NCBI RefSeq assembly: GCF_009914755.1
Contig: NC_060935.1
Length of the DNA: 64,000 nt
Direction: 5' to 3' (one strand)
Source: the human T2T-CHM13v2.0 reference genome, Homo sapiens
Both the position numbers and the translations under genes were made by a program. This document shows, in pieces, positions 53,480-64,000 of the stretch; the stretch's first letter is position 1; each line of letters begins with the position of its first letter. The notes under the pieces were generated by a model. That model made no database searches and was not told the origin of the DNA. It saw only the letters and a program-made list of their open reading frames with translations.

Positions 53480-54863
53480 GTATATCTCTGATATAGACCA
53501 ATGGAACAGAACCGAGCCCTCAGAAATAATACCACACATCTACAACTATCTGATCTTTGACAAACCTGACAAAAACAAGAAATGGGGAAAGGATTCCCTA
53601 TTTAACAAACGGTGCTGGGAAAAATGGCTAGCTATATGTAGAAAGCTGAAACTGGATCCCTTCCTTACACCTTATACAAAAGTTAATTCAAGATGGATTA
53701 AAGGCTTACATGTTAGACCTAAAACCAAAAAAACCCTAGAAGAAAACCTAGGCAATACAATTCAGGTCATAGGCGTGGGCAAGGACTTCATGTCTAAAAC
53801 ACCAAAAGCAATGGCAACAAAAGACAAAATTGACAAATGGGATCTAATTAAACTAAAGAGCTTCTGCACAGCAGCAGAAACTACCATCAGAGTGAACAGG
53901 CAACCTACAGAATGGGAGAAAATTTTTGCAATCTACTCATCTGACAAAGGGCTAATATCCAGAATCTACAATGAACTCAAACAAATTTACAAGAAAAAAA
54001 ACAAACAATCTCATCAAAAACTGGGCAAAGGATATGAACAGACACTTCTCAAAATAAGACATTTATGCAGCCAACGGACACATGAAAAAATGCTCATCAT
54101 CACTGGCCATCAGAGAAATGCAAATCAAAACCACAATGTATCATCTCACACCAGTTAGAATGGCGATCATTAAAAAGTCAGGAAACAACAGGTGCTGGAG
54201 AGGATGTGGAGAAATAGGAGCACTTTTACACTTTTGGTGGGACTGTAAACTAGTTCAACCATTGTGGAAGACGGTGTGGAGATTCCTCAGGGATCTAGAA
54301 CTAGAAATACCATTTGACCCAGCCATCCCATTACTGGGCATATACTCAAAGGAATATAAATTATGCTGCTATAAAGACACATGCACACTTATGTTTATTG
54401 CGGCACTACTCACAATAGCAAAGACTTGGAACCAACCCAAATGTCCAACAATGATAGACTGGATTAAGAAAATGTGGCAGATATACACCATGGAATACTA
54501 TGCAGCCATAAAAATGATGAGTTCATGTCCTTTGTAGGGACATGGATGAAGCTGGAAACCATCATTCTCAGCAAACTATCACAAGGACAGAAAACCAAAC
54601 ACCGCATATTCTCACTCATAGGTGGGAATTGAACAATGAAAACACTTGGACACAGGAAGGGGAACATCACACACCGGGGCCTGTTGTGGGGTGGGGGGAT
54701 GGGGGAGGGATAGCATTAGGAGATACACCTAATGTAAATGACGAGTTACTGGGTGCAGCACACCAGCATGGCACATGTATACATATGTAACAAACCTGCA
54801 TGTTGTGCACATGTACCCTAGAACTTAAAGTATAATAAAAAAATAAAAAATAAATAAATAAAC
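53480..54863 (+). mobile_element. 5'-truncated young L1PA (ORF2 C-terminal part plus 3' UTR)
   Basis: ORF2 peptides ([28 protein letters not shown]), G-rich 3' UTR, A tail; 15-bp TSD atttacatgaaattg at 53465-53479 and 54864-54878. Confidence 0.95.
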
Positions 54864-56624
54864 ATTTACATGAAATTGACTTTATTGTCATGACTTAAGA
54901 TCCACTTTAATATTTTACTTTGATTCACATTGTATATTGTTTCAGATTCTTCCTTTGCTTCCTCATCTTGGACAAATAATTCTCAGTAGAATATTTCAGT
55001 TCTCTTTTTATATTTGAATTTTTAACTCATATTTAAGAAAAAGTTTGACCTGATTATATACGGAGGAAGTTTTGGGCTACTAAATTAATTATAAAATGTT
55101 TATTAGTCTCAGGGCTGATTTTGTCTTTCTGCTCTCACTTTTGTTTCATAAAATTTTTAAAAGGACATGAAAACAGCAAAACATATTGCACAAATATTGC
55201 ATGTAGATGAATTAGGTGACACCACCACACCACAATGAATAACCTGTAGCATTTTTTGGTAATGCTTCAAAATGTCTATTTATCAGCTGGTGAACGCATA
55301 ATTAGCTTAGTAAGTTATCAGAAACTAACCAATACATGAACTGTAGAATTGTGCGGTTGATAAAAGGTTAATACAATATAGCTCATGGCATAGCATAAAA
55401 TTTTGGTTATTAAATGAGCAAAAGACACTGAATATATAGTACAATAATTGTTATGCAATCTTTCAGTACATGTACAAATAAGCAATAAATGAACAAAGGA
55501 AAATAATTAGGAAAAATTATAATTTTAAAATAACGACAGTTTTGAATTGTGTTCATTTACTTTTATGAATCTTGTTACCTTCTGATTCTTTTCTAATTAA
55601 TTGTTTTACTTCTATAATAGTATCATACTGTTAAAATTTATTTTTTAATTTATTATTTTTCAGTATTTATTAAAAATAAATCAAAATAATTTATTATTTA
55701 TGATTATGATTTTTAATTATTTTTAATAATTGTGAAATTAAAATTGCACAATTAAATATTTAAAAATTTAATTGTGAAAAATGTATTATTCCATCTTTGA
55801 TGGTGTCAGTCATAGAGTAACTATTTTTTCTGGAAATGCCTTCTCCACCACCCCTGTAAAATATTGAGAACATCACAAGAAAACACCAAGATAGGCTACA
55901 TTTAGTCCTTGAACTTTTGTGCTTGGAAACATGCCAAACAATCTGCCTTGGCAAATGGTCCCCAGGGCCTACCAAAAGGTGCATTGTCATCAGCCTCTGG
56001 TATATGAGATCCTCTGGAATTATCCAAGTGAGAGGGAAAGAATAATCTCCTTGTGGTCACAGTAGCTGCTGGTCTTCTTTGACAAATAACTTCTTGGTAA
56101 TCTTTCCATTAGACCAGAACCTAAACAAAATTTCTAGATTGGTTTATTTTAACTCAGAATAAAACATAATGAATACACCAAAATGTAAAAACAACTTATC
56201 TCAAGTAAAATAAATATTATAAAAAATTCATTTCCTCAGTTTTCATATTTTATTTATAACAAAAATTTGAGGTTGACAAATTTCCAGACAGATAATATAA
56301 GAAGAAACCTTTTTAATGAATGTTGACTCACACACAGTAAGTATTATTCTCAAAATTGGAAGATATTGTTCCAGATTTTATTTCAGATGGAATAAAATGC
56401 AGACTTTATCAGAATAATATATTAATACATACACATATCATTTAGTCTTTACCCTAAGTAATGTCAAGGTTTTTGAAACAAATGTAGAGTTGACAGAATC
56501 AGAGTCTACAAGCAAAGTATATACTTTGAAAATATAATTTTTGGAAGAAATTAGATTTTGATTAGTTAAGTCAGGAAAACATTACGTATTTTATAAATTA
56601 ATGCTTATATATTGTCTATAATTT

Positions 56625-56680
56625 TAATGTAGCTAACTAAAATCCCCAAGGGTGAAATTTATTGAAAATTATTATTAAAT
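56625..56680 (+). promoter_or_regulatory. Candidate O/E (EBF) site CCCCAAGGG with flanking TAAT cores upstream of OR8H2
   Basis: aatccccaagggtg at 56641-56654 in AT-rich sequence, ~740 bp before the ATG. Confidence 0.3.
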
Positions 56681-57178
56681 AATATTGGAAACAAAAGGGG
56701 AGTAAATGATATAATAAAACGGTTTCCTGTCATTTTTTATTACATGTCTAGCTCTTTTCTCAAGTTTTCTGAAATTATTTATAAACAAGAGTATAGTATT
56801 ATAAGCCGTCTCTCTGAAGTTAATATATCTTGGTAGAATCAGTGTCAACATTGAATAGATCCGACTTTGAATAAGTTACTCCAACCTTCCATACTCTTTT
56901 TTTCCTCACCTAAACTATGTGGATAATAGTAGTATCTAAGGTATACTATTTTCAGGTGGATTCAATGTGTTAATAAAGGAAGTCATTCAGAACAATGTCA
57001 GGTTCATTCTAATTATGCAATATGCTACATGCTACACTTTATTGTAACATATGCAAATGTTAATTTGTACTTACATCAATATTGGCAATAAAATTAGTTT
57101 CTTTAGTCATATTCTATAAATTTATTAGCAACTTATAGAAGGCTAAGCTAATTTTTAAATGATATGCCATTCATATAA

Positions 57179-57361
<183 letters not shown>

Positions 57362-57391
57362 TGATTTCTCAGCAGTTTAGAGCAGGTGAAC

Positions 57392-58330
57392 ATGATGGGT
57401 AGAAGGAATAACACAAATGTGGCTGACTTCATCCTTATGGGACTGACACTTTCTGAAGAGATCCAGATGGCTCTGTTTATGCTATTTCTCCTGATATACC
57501 TAATTACTATGCTGGGGAATGTGGGGATGCTATTGATAATCCGCCTGGACCTCCAGCTTCACACTCCCATGTATTTTTTCCTTACTCACCTGTCATTTAT
57601 TGACCTCAGTTACTCAACTGTCGTCACACCTAAAACCTTAGCGAACTTACTGACTTCCAACTATATTTCCTTTACGGGCTGCTTTGCCCAGATGTTCTTT
57701 TTTGCCTTCTTGGGTACTGCTGAATGTTACCTTCTCTCCTCAATGGCCTATGATCGCTATGCAGCGATCTGCAGTCCTCTACACTACACAGTTATTATGT
57801 CCAAAAGGCTCTGCCTCGCTCTCATCACTGGGCCTTATGTGATTGGCTTTATAGACTCCTTTGTCAACGTGGTTTCCATGAGCAGATTGCATTTCTGCGA
57901 CTCAAACGTAATTCATCACTTTTTCTGTGACACTTCCCCAATTTTAGCTCTGTCCTGCACTGATACATACAACACCGAAATCCTGATATTCATTATTGTT
58001 GGTTCCACCCTGATGGTGTCCCTTTTCACAATATCTGCATCCTATGTGTTCATTCTCTTTACCATCCTGAAAATTAATTCCACTTCAGGAAAGCAGAAAG
58101 CTTTCTCTACTTGCGTCTCTCATCTCTTGGGAGTCACCATCTTTTATAGCACTCTGATTTTTACTTATTTAAAACCAAGAAAGTCTTATTCCTTGGGAAG
58201 AGATCAGGTGGCTTCTGTTTTTTATACTATTGTGATTCCCATGCTGAATCCACTCATTTATAGTCTTAGAAACAAAGAGGTGAAAAATGCTGTCATCAGA
58301 GTCATGCAGAGAAGACAGGACTCCAGGTAA
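57392..58330 (+). CDS. OR8H2: Olfactory receptor 8H2 (312 aa)
   Basis: Intact [26 protein letters not shown]...VMQRRQDSR with all OR motifs; the ATG is at 57392 (the track's 57386 start is GTG). Confidence 0.9.
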   Translation: MMGRRNNTNVADFILMGLTLSEEIQMALFMLFLLIYLITMLGNVGMLLIIRLDLQLHTPMYFFLTHLSFIDLSYSTVVTPKTLANLLTSNYISFTGCFAQMFFFAFLGTAECYLLSSMAYDRYAAICSPLHYTVIMSKRLCLALITGPYVIGFIDSFVNVVSMSRLHFCDSNVIHHFFCDTSPILALSCTDTYNTEILIFIIVGSTLMVSLFTISASYVFILFTILKINSTSGKQKAFSTCVSHLLGVTIFYSTLIFTYLKPRKSYSLGRDQVASVFYTIVIPMLNPLIYSLRNKEVKNAVIRVMQRRQDSR

Positions 58331-61300
58331 TTAATATAGCAGGAATGCTGAACATTTAAACTCATCTTTTCTTTCATTCCTGTTGGGTATTTTCTTAGTC
58401 TCTCTATAAAAACAATTGAATCTTTTAATTTGTTTGCATTTCTGTTGTGCTACCCTTTGCTTCACTAAACATGATTTTAAACATTTCAAGGCATATGTTT
58501 TTAGAAATCCAAATGGTAATTAGAAATCATAATATGTGTGTCATGTTTTCAGTCTACATATATGTGTTTGAAGCAACTGATGTGGAAAATAAGAAAATAT
58601 GGTTGTCATTTTTAATTATATTATTCAAATTCTTATGTATACTTCAATTGTAGATAAATTTATTATGGAAAGAACTATTTGGGACACAATGATAATAGTT
58701 TTAGATGTTATTCCATTTATTATATGGGGAAGAATTATAGCAGAGTGGGTAGGAGTACCTATTTTGGAATAAAACTTCCCAAGAATTAGATTCTAAATAT
58801 GCTACATTTTTAGCTGTATAGCCAGTAATACGTTACCTAAAGCTTAAGCCTCCCTTCCCTAAGTGCACAAGATAAATAATAACTCCAAATCTGATCAGAG
58901 GGTAGTTGTAGAGTATTTAAAGCAATAATAATTAATGCTTCCCATTATCATTAGAAGACCTACATTACTGCACAATGCCTTTTTTCAAGAATGTAAACTT
59001 GTGTTTAACAAATTATTTTTGGTTAATTTAATTGACAGAACTAAAAAGAACAAAAATCAGCAGCTCACAATTTTGGATTTCAGAAGTAAAATATTTCAGT
59101 AGAATTAAGTTATAGAAAAATAGCCTATATTAAGATAATGTTGGAGAAAATTTGAAAAATATTACAAAATATTGAAGAAAATAGAAATCCTCTACAAATA
59201 TTGAGTTTTGGCTGCTCTTGATGTGGGGGTAGCCATTATTCTTTTCTTTACTTCTCTAATAAACCCATTTTCAGTTTTAGAAAAACAAATATTGAGTTTT
59301 GGGCATGTTCTTCTAGATCAATAGTTTCAAATATGTGCATGTATATAACACATATAAACAAAATTTGTATCACTTTCCATGTACTGATTTTCAGCTTTCT
59401 GTATCCATTTACAAGTTTAATGTTGTCATCGACAACTCTAATATAAATTTTTTCTTGGTACATGGACAAAATCAAGACTCACTTCACAATGTTTTGGACT
59501 TGAAATATAAACTCACCAACTTACAAATCTACATGCAGTGATATCTCTTTTGCGTGCAAAACTTCAAAAACTGGATTTCTGTAATGTGTCAAATGTGTCA
59601 AATTGCTTCTTTGTTAAAATCCTGTGTGTTTTTAAAAATCATTGCCTTTCTCCTGATTTCTACAGGTTTGTTTCAGTTGTAAAAATAACTCCTTGACTTA
59701 AATGCTTTATTCATTGATTTTAAATTTCTTAATACAGAAAAGTTGTAAAGCAAAGAATTGATAATGAATTCAGATGTTGTAACAGCCCACAAATTTAGTC
59801 AGGCAGAGTGCTAAAATGTCTTTTATTTTTAAATTTTTCTCTTCCATATCTGGAATCACAGTTTTGTTTTTCTCTGCTATTTAATGGATATTTTAGAAGC
59901 TAGTTTTTATTTTCCAAGTATTTGTCTTTTCTGTTTACACTTTTGTAACAGTTATTAGTTTTCATTCAAGCAATACTTTTTTAATCTTGTGAAATTTGTT
60001 ATCTTTGTACAATTATATTTGATTTCTTCTAAGTGCATTTTGAATGTTTAAAATGGACTGTAACCTCTATTTTAGGAGTTACTATTTTAATGAAATTTCA
60101 CTAATGCAAACTGTCAACTAATTTATTCACTTCATTTAAATACATACCATTTCCTCTACTTTATTATTTCAAAATTTTGCTTATCAAATATTAATACCAT
60201 ATAAAATTATTATGATTTAGTTTTTCCTTTGATATCCATGTTGTCCAGAATATATATTTATAGGTCCCCCTATTTGTTTTCTTTTGCAATTAGAAATAAG
60301 TATTTAATCAACATTTATTAGTTAATAATATGTCTTTGACTCATTCTCATCTTATAAATGCATAATATAATTTTATGTATTTACAGGCTCTTTCCATTTT
60401 TCTAATCATTTTTATAAGCTATGGTTTTATCTTGCTTTCATTTACGTCTACTTCTATGATTTGGAAAATGTGTCCTATCAATTTGGGTTGCAAAGATGGT
60501 CAACAGAATCTATCACTTTGTAGACAACACTTAGGCTAAGACGTTGCTTAAATTCTAATTTAATGAAGACTACCTTATCATCTTTATAATATAAGCTAAA
60601 ACATATTTAAATAATATTATTAAAAAACATACAATAATCTATGTGCAATATGAAAGATTTACATTGTTCGAATTTTACCTATAATTTCCCTATTAGTGTA
60701 TAGTATATTTTATATCGGATATTGTCTAAAGTAATTTAAGACATTGTCCTCTGGTTCATAGTGTCATATACAAATGCTATATAACATAAATATGAAGAAA
60801 ACTGTAATTCAGCATAGCAAAATATGAACAGCTATTTTTACTTCCAAATAATATGGCTAGATGAAAATAGTAACAATATATTTTTCTGAGCACTTACCAT
60901 TGTCAGGCAATATTCAAAGGGCTTTATATATAAGTAATTAACATAATTTATGATTATAATTTAACTGTCAGATCAGCACTAGCAATATATAAAGTTTAGG
61001 CACGCATTAGTGGAAAACCACCTTTTACTTGTTCAAGCAAAGACTTAAGTTAAATTAACTTGGAATTTCCTTTTTATCGAACACACTTTATTTCCATTCC
61101 ATCAGCATATTAAGGTGATTCTAAATATAGACTATATTTGGTGTCTACTTAAGCATTTGTTTCGCTACCATTCTGGCCCAGATAACTATCAGTTTCAGAA
61201 TTATTGCTGCAGTACTGTAGCATGCACCTAATTTTATTCTTATTCTTCTTGAGTCATAGCTTAAGGTAGGAGCCAGAGTTATACTGCTAAACAGTAGGTT

Positions 61301-62599
61301 GGATCATACATTTTCTTCACAAACCCTACACAATATTTCATCACAATAAGAATAAAAGCCAAGAGGTTTATAAGTGCTCATTGGTTAAAAAATGATTTCC
61401 TCAATTCTTAAATCTATGAACTCCTTTCTTATTATCCATCTGTCACGCTCACTTTGTTTCTACTCCATGACCTCCCAGCTCTTCTCTCTAAGCAATAGTA
61501 CAAACACTGCCTGAAGTTTTTCCATTTTTCTCTTCTTCCTGAAACTTCTTTCCCACAAATAACTGCATGATGGTTTTTCTTATCCTTTTCTTAACAAGAG
61601 AACTCCTTGCCACCCTATTAAAACTAATACATTTCACACCCTCTTTCAAACCTTCATTTGTGTTTCATAGCAGTTATTCTCATCTGACATTCTATATATT
61701 TTTCTTGTGTCTTTTATTTTGTGTTTGTTTTCCCCTATGATCATGTAAGCTCTATGAGCAGAGAACTTTCCCCCATCACCTAGAACAGGACAGATAAAAC
61801 TTTAATAGTGAATATAAATCCTTTCATTCTAGAACTTTCTGATTTTCTCAAAAGTACATATTTGGATTTAAGATTTTTTTAAATTTCGCTGATTTATTTT
61901 TACATGCCTATACGATGGCCTCATCTTTCTCTCACCCTTTGCCAAAAGTCAAACAGTTCATGTCCCATTTCCTTTTGGAAGGGTCTTATCTCTGCTTGGA
62001 ATTGAGATTATTTAGACGAATGCAACCTTAGCTCCAAGATAGACTCACAAAAATTATGATTTTTATAGATTAACTGGATTGTTTTAAATAGGGTGGGAGC
62101 AAGTTCTTTGTAACGTTATACAGCTTATGTGGAAATAAAAGCTCTACATACCCTTTAAAACTTATCCATTGATATGACTTCAAATACGGCCCCTCTAGGT
62201 AAATCCACACTTACCTGTGCAATATCTCATTCTGCACCTTGAAAATGTAATGGAATCTCATAATCCATCCAGATATAACATCTACTCTTCTCTTACATTG
62301 TTTATTTGCTTCTGTTTTTTTTCTCTCCTTTTTTTCTTCCTTTCTTTTTTTTTTTTTTTTTGGTCTTTCTTATTGATCACTGATGCCTCAAACCTGTAAA
62401 CTATTTACATCCCAATGAATAGAATCAATGAACAAGTTTTGTAGAAACCACTTATCCAATATTTTCAAGTGCATTATTTTTCTCTCTTACTTCTGTCATT
62501 GGCTGTATGAAAACTCTTAATGTTTCCAAAAGTGTTGTCCAGAGGCAGAAAAATTAAGTTGGAAAAGTAAAAAGATCAGTCAATTATTTCACTCTCTAT

Positions 62600-63290
62600 A
62601 TAACAAACTTTAAAAAGGGAATTCTGTAGCTAGGCAAATTAGGTTTGAATCCTCACATTGCTCTTAAGGACCATTCTTTTTGGCTTCTCAGTGTAGCATT
62701 CCTTTTCCTTAGTATAGGACAGGACTCTTCTGGAATGTGGGTCTCTGACCTACTTTCAGACAACATAGATCAGAGAATTTCTTTACGATGAGCGCGTCCA
62801 CAGAAAATCAGGGGAAGGTCAGAGTGATGTTTTTAGGTTTATTTTGTCTTGCTTTGAAGAAAGGAATTCTATGTTCTATGACCCACCTTGGGGAAGAGAA
62901 ACTGTAGTTTTTAAGGCTTGCCTTGGGAGAAAAGGGGAAGCAGAAGAAAGGAACGTAGAAGAAGGTAAACGCAACAACAACAACAACGAAAAACCTAGAT
63001 TCTGAAGTCCTTACAGTTTCATTAGGTTCAAAGCCCTCAGCATGCCAAGCTACCATACTTCAAGGTATAGTGTTCTGAGCCCCAACATTTCCCCCATCTG
63101 AAACTTTTTTGACTGTTTCAAAAATTCAGAGGTGAGCTAGTGGATGTGGAGAGGAGAACCAAGTTAGAATATAAGTAGCAAAACACCTGCAAAGGGGCAG
63201 AAGATATATACTGTATGGATAATTAACAAACAGAAGAGAACAAATCTAGCACACTGAACAATCTAAGCACATAAGAACAAATCTAACTTA
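62600..63290 (-). mobile_element. ERV1 (MER34/MER39-like) 3' LTR with adjacent internal sequence
   Basis: Reverse complement reads ...AGATGGGGGAAA|TGTTGGGGCTCAGAACAC (polypurine tract, then LTR start at 63087); outer boundaries approximate. Confidence 0.55.
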
Positions 63291-64000
63291 CTCTTTGACT
63301 CACCATTCAGTCAGTAAATATTTTTGTCAATAAACTATATTTTCTATGTGCTCTTTTATACCCTAAAGATATAATTCTAATATCAAACAAACACAATACC
63401 TGTATTCATGAAAGTTACAATGTCACCACACTGGTAGATGTAGATACTAATCAAACACAACAAAAAATAATAAAAATGATTAAGTGATAAGAAAGAGAGG
63501 CCCCATGGGGATAGGATAAGTCAAAAGGTATTTTTGAGAGAAAAGTAATAGAGCTGAGTTATGTGGAGTGAAATTTTATTAACTTGAGATTTAAATATAA
63601 CACTCTTCCATAGTGGTCTGAACAAATAGAAGATCATGAGAGATTGTTTATACCCACAATTTGGTTTCAAGTATAGTAGAATAAAAAGGACACTAGTAGA
63701 ATTTTCATGCAGGTTAATTGGATGTTGATTCTTGATGATTTTTTGGTGTATTTTCAATTTGATATTTTTAGACATAAATGAGGTTATTCTCATCCCTCAT
63801 ACTCACTTCTTCCTTTGCCAAAGAATGATTATTTTTGTTAATTTGAAAAAGCAACACAATCAATAAACTGGATGACAACCTTGACTAAAGCATTTTTTTA
63901 ACAATTTTGAAACCCAGATTTGAGTGGTCGATGCCTAAAAATGATCCTGGAATACTGCCAAATAGTTGAATTTTGTAAGAGACAAATAGTTAGAAGCACA

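Noticed and set aside
59197-59305. Repeated word aaatattgagttttgg about 90 bp apart
   Set aside because: Only 16 bp in AT-rich DNA with no extension; too weak to interpret.

Overview
This is mammalian (almost certainly human) AT-rich DNA from a class II olfactory receptor (OR) cluster. The gene order matches my recollection of the 11q12.1 OR5/OR8 cluster. Five OR coding exons lie on the + strand: an open but motif-damaged OR5-family ORF (6735-7673, probably OR5AQ1P), an OR5J-type gene broken by a single stop (23480-24418), an older OR5 pseudogene (35161-36099), intact OR8I2 (45669-46601) and intact OR8H2 (57392-58330). The spacers are L1, Alu, LTR, L2 and DNA-transposon remnants. Most interesting observations: (1) a ~600-bp, ~98% identical inverted copy of the OR8I2 3' end inserted inside an LTR 2 kb downstream, with microhomology and no poly(A); (2) a phased 19/21-bp tandem array carrying TAATGA homeodomain sites just upstream of OR8I2; (3) an AG|GTAAGT recursive-type splice motif at the OR8I2 coding-exon acceptor; (4) convergent HERV-K LTR5 and HERV-H LTR7 solo LTRs nested in one L1, each with an exact TSD. 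I found no clearly new protein-coding system. Gene symbols and repeat subfamilies are from recall and need database confirmation.
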